Source: Neisseria sp. (GTDB lineage: Bacteria > Pseudomonadota > Gammaproteobacteria > Burkholderiales > Neisseriaceae). Taken from it: a stretch of DNA of 64,000 bases. The stretch covers positions 663 through 64,662 of the forward strand of contig NZ_JBHCJY010000018.1 of assembly GCF_041804105.1 (NCBI RefSeq). The letters run 5' to 3'. This document shows positions 51,486 through 61,816 of this stretch, in pieces; the stretch's first letter is position 1; the number at the start of each line of letters is the position of its first letter. Below the pieces are notes generated by a model. It made no database searches. It was not told where the DNA came from and saw only the letters and a list, made by a program, of their open reading frames with translations. The translations under genes and the position numbers were made by a program.

Positions 51486-51950
51486 ATGAAACACACGAAA
51501 ACACACGGTTTTACCCTGCTGGAAATGATGATTGTCGTGGTCATCATCGGTATTCTCGCCGGCATTGCCCTGCCCTCTTATCTCCGCTATATCGAGCGCG
51601 GCTACCAAACCCAAGCCCATGCAGAGCTGACCAACATCAACAGCAAGATGAAAATCTGGCTGGTGAAAAACCCGGGTTCGAACAGAGCCGCTGTCGAAAC
51701 CGAATTGGCAAAACAAGCCACCGACAGCCAGGTAGATGATGCCAAAGTGGCCGAAAAATACAATTTTTCCGGCAAAATGGAAGGCGATGCAACATCAGCT
51801 TCGCGCCGCTACAAACTGCTTGCCGTGCCTGATTCTTCTTCGGGTTATAAATTGTCGGTTTGGATGGACAGCAGCGGCAACGCCTACAAATGCGATACCA
51901 AAGCAGATGCCGAGGCGTTTAAAACATCCGGCGGTTGCGAAAAAGCCTAA
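51486..51950 (+). CDS. pilX: Type IV minor pilin PilX (PilL)
   Basis: HG|FTLLEMMIV, SVWMDSSGNAYKC D-region; fifth gene of the operon. Confidence 0.82.
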   Translation: MKHTKTHGFTLLEMMIVVVIIGILAGIALPSYLRYIERGYQTQAHAELTNINSKMKIWLVKNPGSNRAAVETELAKQATDSQVDDAKVAEKYNFSGKMEGDATSASRRYKLLAVPDSSSGYKLSVWMDSSGNAYKCDTKADAEAFKTSGGCEKA

Positions 51951-52142
51951 CCCACCTTTAAATGCCTTAGAAACAAAGATGTCACTTAAATTTACGATTC
52001 TTAAATTGAATTAAATTTATATCTAATTGTTTTTTAAAAAAAATATACTCATTTGAACTTTATTGTAGATATGGCTGTTCAGAGCAAGTTTACGCTCTGC
52101 TCTACTGTTTACATTTTGTTCGCAGGACGTCTGAAACGTCTT

Positions 52143-53024
52143 TCAGACGGCTTTTCTATAATGTGTTTCGTCGTAATTTTCTCCTTTTTTATGGGTGTGG
52201 CATGCAATCACTGCCAGCTTTCTCATAATGGCCATTATTACCATCTTTGGCTTTTTCTTTTCGGTCATACGCTTGATGAACTTTGGAAAGTGATTTCTGC
52301 CGTATGCCATCAGTGCGAACATAAACAAAGTACTACTTAGTTTGCGGCTACCGTATTTTGTCAAGACCCCTACCTTTAACGCTCGTCTCAGATTGCTTTG
52401 CCTGCAGATTCAATCCAGCAAATACGACAAATTGATTGGCCGTTCGGTAAAGTAAAGTATTACAAAGTAGGTAGTTTGCAAGTATGGCAATAGTAAATTG
52501 GTCGATGTCAGGTATGTTTTGAGACAGTCTGCGACGAACTTCAATTCTGTGTGCGCAGTCAGTTTAGTAATTTGGCCGTCTATGGCTTTGAGTTGATTAT
52601 TTCAGGTGTTCAATATTGCTTTGATGGATTGTTCGGACAAATGGATCTGTTTGCGGTTTGCAAACGATTCTCTTCGGCAGTTTTAGATTGTTGGATTGTT
52701 CACGGAGAACAAGTATGCATTTCAGGCTCTGATGCGGTTTTAATGCAGGCTGATACGGATAGAGTTCTTTGTTTTCGAGATTCGAGAACGGCAATATTCA
52801 GCAATGATTATTGCATCCTACTTATCGGTCTTAATGCGTTTGAAACGGCTTTGGATATAAGCGTGGATTTTCAGAGGATGGGCAACATGTATCAAATCTT
52901 CGGAAGTAGTCAAGTAATTTGCAACATCTTCATAGTAATTACCCGTGGCTTCCATTTGTTACGTATGTTGAAATGCTGCATCAATAATTGCCTTCGACAT
53001 ATCCAACCCTATTGTATTTCTCAT
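52143..53024 (-). pseudogene. IS110-family Piv/Irg-like recombinase, inactivated by stops, frameshifts and a deletion
   Basis: MRNTIGLD, MEATGNYYED, KTDK*DA (DEDD), FAGLN..KQSETSVKG and IMRKLAVIA fragments; in-frame stops at 52961-52959 and 52820-52818. Confidence 0.88.
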
Positions 53025-53207
53025 ATGTAATTTCCCTTATGACTTTCAGGTTCACGACTAAAACCCTTTGAGATAAATATACAGGAGTCTCTGAGATAAA
53101 TGGGATGAAGTTGGATGGTGACGGATGATGTGGAAGGGCGGATTTGAAATACCGTTATAGTATATGAAATAAAAATGAAACGGACGAATTTGCCCGTTTT
53201 TTTGTTT

Positions 53208-53637
53208 TCACAGCCCGTGTTTGAGTGATTCGACGGCAATTTTTATCAGACGCTCTTCCGCACCGGATTGTAAACTTCCGTCCCCGCTTACGGGTAAGTA
53301 CGGGCAGGTAAACTGACTTTACGGCCGTGGTCGGCATTACCGCCTAAGTGGTGGATGGCGGCGTAGGGTTTGTTACTACCGATACGGACGAAGTCGTTTC
53401 CGGCTTTGGTAGAAATGCTAGCGGCGAGTTGGCCAGTCAGTTGCAGGGTTCACCATCGGTGGTACACTTGCTTTGTTTCCATTTTTCGTCGCCCCAGCTT
53501 TCGTTTTCGAAGTTGTCTTCTGTGAGCGAGACCTTTTCGGTGGCGATGGCACGATCATGGGGCGGGTGTTGGCGGAGTTTTTTGAGTTGGCTGAGACCGT
53601 GTTCCAGTTGGCTTGAATCTAGGCTGATTTCGAGAAT
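53208..53637 (-). pseudogene. Mu-like phage virion morphogenesis protein (gpG-like), frameshifted
   Basis: LEISLD..., TEDNFENESWG, LQLTGQLAASIST, IGSNKPYAAIHHLGG, LPAR fragments across frames; start codon mutated to ATT. Confidence 0.75.
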
Positions 53638-53639
53638 TT

Positions 53640-53940
53640 TTAGTCTTTCAAAAGTTGTAGCCAAGCCAACTCCGCCGCCAACAGCGCGGCCTTGAATTTG
53701 GCGTTGCCCATCATGGTTTTTAAGGCAACGCGGGCGATGTCAGGGTAGATGGCTCGGGCTTTCTATACAGCCACCAAAGCCATACGCGAGAGTATAGCTT
53801 TGCCTTGGCGTTGAATCCTGCACTCGGTACGACGAATTTACCGTCGATGCGGATGCCAGTGCGTTGGGGGTAGAGTAGCGGGTTTCGCCGGTGTATTATT
53901 CGTTGGTGCCGATGTCAATGGTTTGGGGTTCCAACGGGAG
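53640..53940 (-). pseudogene. C-terminal fragment of a Mu-like head morphogenesis protein (gpF-like)
   Basis: Broken frame (GIRIDGKFVVPSAGFNA..., IYPDIARVALKTMMGN...LLKD*) ending directly before the gpG-like gene, as in Mu gene order. Confidence 0.5.
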
Positions 53941-53952
53941 AGGCAATATATA

Positions 53953-53980
53953 AGGCCGTCTGAAATTTTTCAGACGGCCT
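53953..53980. terminator. DUS inverted-repeat terminator of secA; also the right boundary of the phage relic
   Basis: Paired AG-DUS copies 30 bp past the secA stop. Confidence 0.8.
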
Positions 53981-54009
53981 TGATGCAGTCGGACAATCAA
54001 ACCGGCAAA

Positions 54010-56766
54010 TCAGCTCAACTTACCGTGGCACTGTTTATAACGCAGGCCGCTGCCGCAGGGGCAAGGGTCGTTGCGGTGGATGACACGGCCTTGGTCGGCC
54101 AATGCCTCGGGGCTGAAGTCGTTGCCGTTGGGATCGAAAGCTTCAGTAACCAGATTGGTTTGCGACTCTCCCAATACATCCGTCATGGCAGGCGCACCGG
54201 AATGCACGGCTTGAATACCGGTGGGTTCGTACGGCTGGCTGTCTTCCAGAATGTCTTCGCTCTGCTCGATTTCAACCGACACCAACAGAGTGGCAACACT
54301 GTGTTTGATGCTGTTCCACAGGTTTTCAAACATGATGAACGCTTCGCGTTTGTACTCCTGCTTGGGGTTTTTCTGGGCATAGCTGCGCAAGTGGATGCCT
54401 TGGCGCAGATAGTCCATCGCTGCGAGATGCTCGCGCCATTGGTTGTCGATGACCTGTAACATCACGTTGCGCTCGAAACTGCCCATGGTTTGTGCGCCGA
54501 CAAGCTCGACTTTTTCGGCGTATTCCTTTTCGATTTGGGCAAGCAGACGCTCTTTCACGTCTTGGTTATCCAGCGCATTGTTTTCTTTAAGCCAGCCGCG
54601 GATGTCGGCATGAATGCGGAATTCGCCGGCAAGCTGGGTTTCGAGTGCGGATAAATCCCATTGCTCCTCCATGCTGTCGGGCGGCATATGGGCATCGACA
54701 ATATCACTGACCACATCAGAGCGGATGCCTTTGGCCAACTCTGTAACATCATGATTCATCAGAATTTCGTTGCGCTGATGATAGATAACCTTACGTTGGT
54801 CGTTGGCCACGTCGTCGTACTCGAGCACCTGTTTGCGCATATCGAAGTTACGACCTTCCACTTTGCGCTGCGCGCCTTCAATCTGACGGGTCAACAGGCC
54901 GTGTTCGATGGCAACACCGCGTTCGGGGGCAAGACGGTTGAGAATGGCTGCGGCACGGTCAAGGGCGAACAGGCGCAACAGCGGATCTTCAAACGAAAGG
55001 TAGAAACGGCTGGAACCTGGATCGCCCTGACGACCCGCACGACCGCGCAACTGATTGTCGATGCGGCGGCTTTCGTGGCGTTCGGTGCCGATAATGTGCA
55101 GGCCGCCTGCGGCCATGACTTTGGCGTGTTCGGCTTCCCAACCGTTTTCTAGCGCGGCGATTTGGGCGGCTTTTTCTTCATCAGTCAACTGTTCGTCGGC
55201 ACGGACGGCATCGCTTTGGTGCTTAACGTTGCCGCCGAGCACGATGTCCGTACCGCGACCGGCCATGTTTGTGGCAACGGTAATCGCACCGACTTTGCCC
55301 GCCTGCGCCACAATCAGGGCTTCGCGCTCATGTTCTTTGGCGTTCAGGACATTATGCGGCAGACCTGCCTTATTGAGCAGGTCGGACACCAGTTCGGAAT
55401 TCTCGATGCTGGTTGTACCGACGAGAACCGGTTGGCCTTTGGCGTAGCATTCTTGGATGTCTTTGACAACGGCTTCGTATTTTTCCTCGGCGGTGCGGAA
55501 AATCTGGTCGTTGAAATCTTTGCGCTGCATCGGGCGGTTGGTGGGGATAATCACCGTTTCCAGATTGTAAATGCTTTGGAACTCGAAGGCTTCGGTATCG
55601 GCCGTACCGGTCATGCCGGAAAGTTTCTTATACAGTCGGAAGTAGTTTTGGAACGTGATGGAAGCGAGCGTTTGGTTTTCGCGCTTGATTTCCACGCCTT
55701 CTTTGGCTTCCACGGCCTGATGCAGACCGTCCGACCAGCGCCGTCCGGCCATCAGACGGCCTGTGAATTCGTCCACAATCACGATTTCGCCGTCTTGGAT
55801 GACATAATGCTGATCAAGATGAAACAGCGAATGGGCGCGCAATGCGGCCATCAAATGGTGCATCAGCGTGATGTTGGCGGCGGAATAGAGCGAATCGCCC
55901 TCCTGAAGCAAACCCATGTTTTGGAGAACTTCTTCCGCATGTTCGTGCCCCGCTTCGCTCAGGATGACCTGATGCTGCTTTTCGTCCACCCAGTAATCGC
56001 CCTCGCCCTCTTCGGTTTTCTGGCGGATAAGCTGCGCGGGCACTTTGTCCATAATTTCGTAAAGCTGCACATTGTCGTCGGCCTGACCGGAAATAATCAG
56101 CGGCGTACGCGCTTCGTCGATCAAAATCGAATCCACTTCGTCCACCACGGCAAAGGAAAGCTCGCGCTGAACTTTGTCGTATTGGTCGGTTACCATATTG
56201 TCGCGCAGGTAATCGAAGCCGAATTCGTTGTTCGTACCGTAGGTAATGTCGGAATTGTAGGCGGTTTGGCGGTAAAAAGGCTCCATATCGCTGACAATCA
56301 CGCCTACGGTCAGGCCGAGGAAGTTATAGAGCGGCTCCATAATGCCCGCATCGCGCTGCGCCAGATAGTCGTTGACGGTAACGACGTGCACGCCTTTACC
56401 CGAAAGCGCATTCAGATACACGGCCAACGTTGCCACCAGCGTTTTGCCTTCACCCGTGCGCATTTCGGCGATGTTGCCGTCGTGCAGCACCATGCCGCCG
56501 ATAAGCTGCACATCGAAATGGCGCATTCCCAATACGCGGCGGGATGCCTCGCGGCATACGGCAAATGCTTCGGGCAGAATGCTGTCGAGTGCTTGGCCGT
56601 CTGCCAGCCGCTGCTTGAACTCGGCGGTTTTGGCGCGCAGCGCTTCATCGTCCAGAGCCTGCATTTCAGGTTCCATGGCATTGATTTTCTGGACGGTTTT
56701 ACGGTATTGTTTAAGCAGACGGTCATTGCGGCTGCCAAAGACTTTTTTGGCGAAATTAGTAAGCAT
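54010..56766 (-). CDS. secA: Preprotein translocase ATPase
   Basis: [38 protein letters not shown]-terminal CPCGSG zinc motif. Start set at 56766. Confidence 0.98.
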   Translation of the reverse strand: MLTNFAKKVFGSRNDRLLKQYRKTVQKINAMEPEMQALDDEALRAKTAEFKQRLADGQALDSILPEAFAVCREASRRVLGMRHFDVQLIGGMVLHDGNIAEMRTGEGKTLVATLAVYLNALSGKGVHVVTVNDYLAQRDAGIMEPLYNFLGLTVGVIVSDMEPFYRQTAYNSDITYGTNNEFGFDYLRDNMVTDQYDKVQRELSFAVVDEVDSILIDEARTPLIISGQADDNVQLYEIMDKVPAQLIRQKTEEGEGDYWVDEKQHQVILSEAGHEHAEEVLQNMGLLQEGDSLYSAANITLMHHLMAALRAHSLFHLDQHYVIQDGEIVIVDEFTGRLMAGRRWSDGLHQAVEAKEGVEIKRENQTLASITFQNYFRLYKKLSGMTGTADTEAFEFQSIYNLETVIIPTNRPMQRKDFNDQIFRTAEEKYEAVVKDIQECYAKGQPVLVGTTSIENSELVSDLLNKAGLPHNVLNAKEHEREALIVAQAGKVGAITVATNMAGRGTDIVLGGNVKHQSDAVRADEQLTDEEKAAQIAALENGWEAEHAKVMAAGGLHIIGTERHESRRIDNQLRGRAGRQGDPGSSRFYLSFEDPLLRLFALDRAAAILNRLAPERGVAIEHGLLTRQIEGAQRKVEGRNFDMRKQVLEYDDVANDQRKVIYHQRNEILMNHDVTELAKGIRSDVVSDIVDAHMPPDSMEEQWDLSALETQLAGEFRIHADIRGWLKENNALDNQDVKERLLAQIEKEYAEKVELVGAQTMGSFERNVMLQVIDNQWREHLAAMDYLRQGIHLRSYAQKNPKQEYKREAFIMFENLWNSIKHSVATLLVSVEIEQSEDILEDSQPYEPTGIQAVHSGAPAMTDVLGESQTNLVTEAFDPNGNDFSPEALADQGRVIHRNDPCPCGSGLRYKQCHGKLS

Positions 56767-56921
56767 GAAGGGTTCCTGCGCCTGATATAGAATAATGGGC
56801 AAATTGTCATTTTAACACAAGGCTCGCGCCAGCGTGGACGTATGCCGTCTGAAATGGAGACGGCAGGTAGGGATTTCAACTGTCACCCAATCAACAATCA
56901 ACCTGAAAAGGCCGTCTGAAA

Positions 56922-57341
56922 ATGAATTTGGAACAACTCGGCAAAAAAGACAGACACCTGACTGCGCTGTTGCAGCAGGCGCAACAGTGGCAGCGGCTCG
57001 ACGGCAAAATCAAAGCCCTCTTCCCTGCGAACCTGCGCGCGCATTTTCAGACGGCCAATATCACTGAAGGCCGTCTGAACCTGCTTGCCGCCAACAATAT
57101 GGCCGCTTCGCGTCTGCGCATGATTGCACCCGCCCTGCTGCCGCAGCTGCAACAGCTGTCGTCCGAAATTATCGAAATCCGCATCAAAACCGTGCCGAAT
57201 CCCCCGCCACCGCCCAAAACCAATACCCTTCATCTGAGCAGCGCTGCATTAGACAATTTGGAACATGCCGCAGGCCGTCTGAAACACCATCCCGAGCTGG
57301 CGGAAGCCTTGGAAAAACTCATCGGCAAACATAAAGGTTGA
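56922..57341 (+). CDS. dciA: DciA/DUF721-family protein
   Basis: Divergent from secA; LAANNMAASRLRM KH-like motif. Confidence 0.72.
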   Translation: MNLEQLGKKDRHLTALLQQAQQWQRLDGKIKALFPANLRAHFQTANITEGRLNLLAANNMAASRLRMIAPALLPQLQQLSSEIIEIRIKTVPNPPPPPKTNTLHLSSAALDNLEHAAGRLKHHPELAEALEKLIGKHKG

Positions 57342-57536
57342 GCATTTGCACACGGCTTACCGTCAGACGGCCGTAGTGTGAAATCGGCTGAACCACGGGC
57401 TTGGCAACTAAGATCCTTGAATGCCGTCTGAACGGAACGAACCGTTTTTCCGTGCCAACCCGTTTTCTGTTTTCTTTGAACGGCTGTGTAGATATTGTGT
57501 TAATAGCATACGGGCAAGACGGATTCCTCTGATTTC

Positions 57537-57640
57537 CGTCACTCCCGCGCCAACGGTAATCCATGTTTGAATCCGGTATCTTTTATCAAACAAGCACTTG
57601 AAAACATCAAACCCGGATTCCCGCCTGCGCGGGAATGACG
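57537..57640. repeat. NIME repeat
   Basis: Degenerate left and perfect right dRS3; core shared with the 16.9 and 43.5 kb copies. Confidence 0.82.
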
Positions 57641-57747
57641 AAAAATGAAGCATCCATGTAAAACCACACCAGATTCAAACATCGCAAAATACCACAGGCC
57701 GTCTGAAAAACAGTTTTCAGACGGCCTGTGGTATTTTGCAGCAACAA

Positions 57748-59118
57748 CTACGGCAATTCGCCGCGTTTGCGTTTTTCTTTAAAATCACGGGTTTCGCTGA
57801 CAATCACCTTAGAGAGCAGAATCAGCGCAATCAGGTTGGGAATCGCCATCAAGCCGTTAAACGTATCGGCCATCAGCCAAACCAAATCCAGACTGACCAC
57901 CGTTCCCGCCATCACCGTAGCGACGTAAATCACCCTGTAAATATTGGCAAAGCCTTCGCCGAACACATAAGTTGCGCATTTTTCGCCGTAATAACACCAA
58001 CCGAGAATGGTCGAATAAGCGAAGAAAATCAGGCCGATGGTCACCACCCAGCCGCCGATGCCGGGCAGCAGTTTCTGAAAGGTAACGGTGGTCAGCGCGG
58101 CACCGCTCAATTCGGGTTTGACAAACTCCCCGCCGCTCATCAAGCCCATCACAAGCACGATACCGGTGATAGAGCAAACGACGATGGTGTCGAGAAACGT
58201 ACCGGTCATCGAAACCAGCGCCTGCCGCACAGGGTGGTCGGTTTTTGCGGCGGCGGCGGCAATCGGCGCAGAACCCATGCCCGCTTCGTTGGAAAACACG
58301 CCGCGCGCCACGCCGTAGCGGATTACCGTGCCCAAAGCACCGCCTGCAACGGCCTGTCCGGTAAACGCGTCTTCGAAAATAATGCCGACGGCGGGCGCAA
58401 CCAAATCCAGGTTCATGACGATAATCGCCAAACCGCCCAACACATAGCCGATGGCCATTACTGGCACGATAAACGACGATGCGGTGGCAATGCCTCGGAT
58501 GCCGCCCAATACCACCACCGCGGTCAGAATGGTCAAGGCCACGCCGGTGTAGGCCGGATCGACGTTGAAACTGGTATGGATGGCCTGTGCCACCGAGTTG
58601 GACTGTACCGAACTGCCGATGCCGAAAGCGGCAATCGAACCGAAAACCGCAAAAGCGTAAGCCATCCAGAGCCAGTTTTTGCCCAAACCGTTTTGGATGT
58701 AATACATCGGGCCGCCCGACATTTCGCCTTTGGCATTGGTGGTACGGAATTTCACCGCCAAGACACCTTCGCCGTATTTCGTTGCCATGCCGAATACGGC
58801 GGTCATCCACATCCAAAATACCGCTCCCGGCCCGCCGGCCACAACCGCCGTAGCCACGCCGGCGATATTGCCCGTACCGATGGTGGCGGAAAGCGCGGTC
58901 ATCAGCGCACCGAAATGCGAAATATCGCCTTCGTGATCCGAACCGTCTTCAGCCTTGTGTGATGCGAACACCTGCTTCAGGGCATAGCCGAGCATGCTGA
59001 ACTGCAAGCCTTTGAGTATCAGCGTCAGCAGCACGCCTGTGCCGACAAAAAACACCAACATCACCGGCCCCCAAACCCATCCTCCGAGCGTGTCGAAAAA
59101 ACTCTTTACCGATTCCAT
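57748..59118 (-). CDS. Alanine/glycine:cation symporter (AGCS, AlsT-like)
   Basis: ATIGTGNIAGVA, GGPGAVFWMW, RGVFSNEAGMGS, GTFLDT; GGAGG RBS before the ATG at 59118. Confidence 0.93.
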   Translation of the reverse strand: MESVKSFFDTLGGWVWGPVMLVFFVGTGVLLTLILKGLQFSMLGYALKQVFASHKAEDGSDHEGDISHFGALMTALSATIGTGNIAGVATAVVAGGPGAVFWMWMTAVFGMATKYGEGVLAVKFRTTNAKGEMSGGPMYYIQNGLGKNWLWMAYAFAVFGSIAAFGIGSSVQSNSVAQAIHTSFNVDPAYTGVALTILTAVVVLGGIRGIATASSFIVPVMAIGYVLGGLAIIVMNLDLVAPAVGIIFEDAFTGQAVAGGALGTVIRYGVARGVFSNEAGMGSAPIAAAAAKTDHPVRQALVSMTGTFLDTIVVCSITGIVLVMGLMSGGEFVKPELSGAALTTVTFQKLLPGIGGWVVTIGLIFFAYSTILGWCYYGEKCATYVFGEGFANIYRVIYVATVMAGTVVSLDLVWLMADTFNGLMAIPNLIALILLSKVIVSETRDFKEKRKRGELP

Positions 59119-59538
59119 ACCGGTTCCTCCATATTTCATTGTTCTGACGGTTTGTGTTTTCCGCAAAACAGCCTGCCGACCGACCGCTGCCGTTTCGGGA
59201 AATTTTGCAAGAGATGGCCTGCATTTCAGCATAGTGCGTTAATTTTTGCAACGCAAACCTATCCGGGAAGCAGGATTTTTTCAGACGGCCTTATAGCAGT
59301 CTATCCATATCAAATTGAAATATAGATAGATTTTTCAGATTAACCGGGCAATCTTATTTTATCTCCGTTCATATTTTCGGGAAAATTGTAAACAATCCGC
59401 ATGATTGAAAGCCATGCCGCGCCACCTTTCAACAGGGGTTTCCCAAGCCGCGATACCGAACCATACCGGTGTTATCAACCGAACTTTGTGGTCCGTATCC
59501 AGCCATCGATACGGCAGCCACAAATTCGCCCTTACTGC

Positions 59539-59567
59539 ATCATACTGGTTGACCAGTAAATTTTCAG
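59539..59567 (-). promoter_or_regulatory. Sigma70-like promoter with a perfect palindromic operator in the spacer
   Basis: CTGAAA-17 bp-TATGAT; TACTGGT-TG-ACCAGTA at 59543-59558. Confidence 0.6.
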
Positions 59568-59595
59568 TTTATCCATAAACACCACAAAACACACA

Positions 59596-59626
59596 AGGCC
59601 GTCTGAAAAATGTTTTCAGACGGCCT
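59596..59626. terminator. DUS inverted-repeat terminator of apaG
   Basis: Extended paired DUS hairpin just after the apaG stop. Confidence 0.8.
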
Positions 59627-59646
59627 TGTGTGTTTATCAATCCTGT

Positions 59647-60012
59647 TTACTGCAAGGTAAAACCTGCTTTGAAATCCAGTTTCGGCACATCAACGATAAA
59701 ACGCTTGCCGATACTGTCTTCAAATTCATATGCGCCTTCGATGCTGCCCCAAGGTGTGGATAACTGCGAACCGCTGTGGTATTCGTAGGCCTCGCCCGGA
59801 TAAAGGACGGGCTGTTCGCTGCTGCTGCCCGCACTCAAATGTTCCGTACCGCCGTGTCCGTCGGTAATTTCCCAAACACGCTGGCGCAGGGTAATGATGT
59901 CGCTGCTGCGGTTGCAAATCGTGATGGAATAATTGAAAGCGTAGCGGTCGCGGTAAACGTCGCTGCTGCCCGCCATGTATTTGGGCTGTACGCTGATTTC
60001 GATTTCGTTCAT
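59647..60012 (-). CDS. apaG: ApaG (Co2+/Mg2+ efflux-associated) protein
   Basis: YAFNYSITICN, WEITDGHG, EQPVLYPGEAYEYHSG. Confidence 0.9.
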   Translation of the reverse strand: MNEIEISVQPKYMAGSSDVYRDRYAFNYSITICNRSSDIITLRQRVWEITDGHGGTEHLSAGSSSEQPVLYPGEAYEYHSGSQLSTPWGSIEGAYEFEDSIGKRFIVDVPKLDFKAGFTLQ

Positions 60013-60176
60013 TTTATGTTTTATCCGTAAATGTGTTGGGTTTTGTTTTTCAGCCTTTCAGGCTTTTTATGTATCAACCGCCTAGCAAGCGGATTGGTTT
60101 GTCTGCTGCAAACTCAATACAGGCATTATCTATTGTCCCAATCTAAAATGCAAACAAATTTTAACATTTAAATACA

Positions 60177-60674
60177 TTAAACCATGAAATTTATCATTTT
60201 TAAGACACCCAATGTAAACAATGCGGCAATCAGGTCGTCCAACATAATCCCCAAACCGCCGTGGATTCTGGCATCAAACCATTTTATCGGCCACGGCTTG
60301 ACTGCATCGAAGAAACGGAACAATACAAAAGCAGGCAGCCACCACCGCCAACCAAAGGGAATATAGGCTAAAACCAGCACCATCGCAGCGATTTCGTCCC
60401 AGACAATACCGCCGAAATCCTGTATGCCCAATGCGCGCTCGGTACGGCTGCAAATCCATATGCCGACGATAAACATTAACGCACACACCAATACAAGCGT
60501 GATTCCGCCCACACCGGCCTGATGCAGTAAAAACGCTGCCGGTAATGCTGGCAATGTGCCGAAAGTACCGGGTGCAAACGGTGCCAGCCCCGTACCGAAA
60601 CCGAAACCGAGCAAACATACCGGCCGCCGAAGCAACCATGCGAAATTAGGTTTGAAGTCAGCCAAAATGGTCAA
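60177..60674 (-). CDS. pgpA: Phosphatidylglycerophosphatase A
   Basis: GFGTGLAPFAPGTFGT, IVWDE, FRFFDAVKPWPI, GIMLDD; overlaps the thiL end. Confidence 0.93.
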   Translation of the reverse strand: MTILADFKPNFAWLLRRPVCLLGFGFGTGLAPFAPGTFGTLPALPAAFLLHQAGVGGITLVLVCALMFIVGIWICSRTERALGIQDFGGIVWDEIAAMVLVLAYIPFGWRWWLPAFVLFRFFDAVKPWPIKWFDARIHGGLGIMLDDLIAALFTLGVLKMINFMV

Positions 60675-61623
60675 ATCCCGATAGAGAAAATTGAAGTTTG
60701 TTACCTTGGCCGTCTGAAATGTTCAGACGGCCTGTATCGTTGATGCTGCCGATGCGCGTTAGCGCCGTATCCGATGTTCTTCCGGCTTCCAATACGGCTT
60801 GGCGTTTCGAAACGGGCGCGGTAAACACCAGTTCGTAATCATCGCCGCCGCCAAGCATCAGTTGCCGGACTTGCTGTACGGGCAATTCCTGATAAAGCTG
60901 CGATGGCGTTGGCAACCAATCCATACGTATTTCCGCACCGACACCCGAAGCATTCAGAATATGCCCCAAATCCTGAGCAAGGCCGTCTGAAACATCCAAT
61001 GCGGCATGCGCAAACGGCAACAGAGCACATCCCAAAGCAACACGCGGTTCCGGACGCAGCAATACCGCCATACACTCGGCTGCGGTTTCATCCGATAAAC
61101 GGATATTGCCCATACAGTACTGCAACGCGGCGGCGGCCAATCCCACCCTGCCCGACAGCCATATATCGTCGCCGATTTGAGCCGCATCACGCCGCAAAGC
61201 CTGTCCCAAAGGCAGTTCCCCCGCAATCGTTACATTAAACACCAAGTCGCCGCACACAGTATCGCCACCGATTAAAGTGATTCCGAAGCGGTCGGCCAGT
61301 TCAAAAAACGTACTACAAAAAGCATCCAGCCAAGTATCGGACAAGGCAGGCAAGCCTGCACTCAACAAAACCCATTTGGGAACTGCCCCCATGGCAGCCA
61401 TATCGGAAATATTGACGGCCAATACTTTCCACGCCAAATCATCGGGTTTCACATCGGCAAAAAAATGCCTGCCCTTTACCAACATATCGCTGCTGAAGCA
61501 CAAATCATATCCCGCTCTCGGACGCACCACAGCCGCATCATCCCCGATGCCGAGAATAATACCGTCGTTATGCTGCCGCCGTTGCAGATATTGGCGGATA
61601 AAATCAAATTCTGTTAAGGCCAT
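60658..61623 (-). CDS. thiL: Thiamine-phosphate kinase
   Basis: EFDFIRQY, GIGDDAA, NISDMAAMG, GGDT, DVSDGL, GGDDYEL. Start set at 61623. Confidence 0.95.
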   Translation of the reverse strand: MALTEFDFIRQYLQRRQHNDGIILGIGDDAAVVRPRAGYDLCFSSDMLVKGRHFFADVKPDDLAWKVLAVNISDMAAMGAVPKWVLLSAGLPALSDTWLDAFCSTFFELADRFGITLIGGDTVCGDLVFNVTIAGELPLGQALRRDAAQIGDDIWLSGRVGLAAAALQYCMGNIRLSDETAAECMAVLLRPEPRVALGCALLPFAHAALDVSDGLAQDLGHILNASGVGAEIRMDWLPTPSQLYQELPVQQVRQLMLGGGDDYELVFTAPVSKRQAVLEAGRTSDTALTRIGSINDTGRLNISDGQGNKLQFSLSGFDHFG

Positions 61624-61774
61624 CTGAAAAGTAAAACATATTATCAAAAAGATTACAAACCGATTATTAGCAACAAACCATTTATAGCGGTTAGATTTTA
61701 AAAGCCGAAGCCAATACATACAAAAGTATTTTTCAGACGGCCTTAAATTCATTCCCTTATTTCAAGACAAAATA

Positions 61775-61798
61775 AAACCCTGCTTGAGCAGGGTTTTA
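61775..61798 (-). terminator. Non-DUS intrinsic terminator of rmpM
   Basis: AAAACCCTGC-TTGA-GCAGGGTTTT hairpin with flanking A/T runs. Confidence 0.75.
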
Positions 61799-61816
61799 TC
61801 GGCATCATTAAGATGA

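Noticed and set aside
52551-53030. 159-aa plus-strand ORF
   Set aside because: It is antisense to the IS110 pseudogene and has no recognisable motif.
52143-53940. Nf/MDA filamentous prophage
   Set aside because: Although a Piv-like gene is present, no replication initiator, coat or Zot genes and no dRS3 junction are visible; the neighbouring remnants are Mu-like.
59119-59600. Glycine or lysine riboswitch upstream of the AGCS symporter
   Set aside because: The GGAGAG / CCGAAG / CUCAGG core of the glycine aptamer is missing, and the lysine-aptamer motifs are not in the right order.
61624-61760. TPP riboswitch or N-terminal extension of thiL
   Set aside because: No GGGG...CUGAGA TPP core is seen; the upstream in-frame ORF runs through a DUS and AT-rich promoter DNA.
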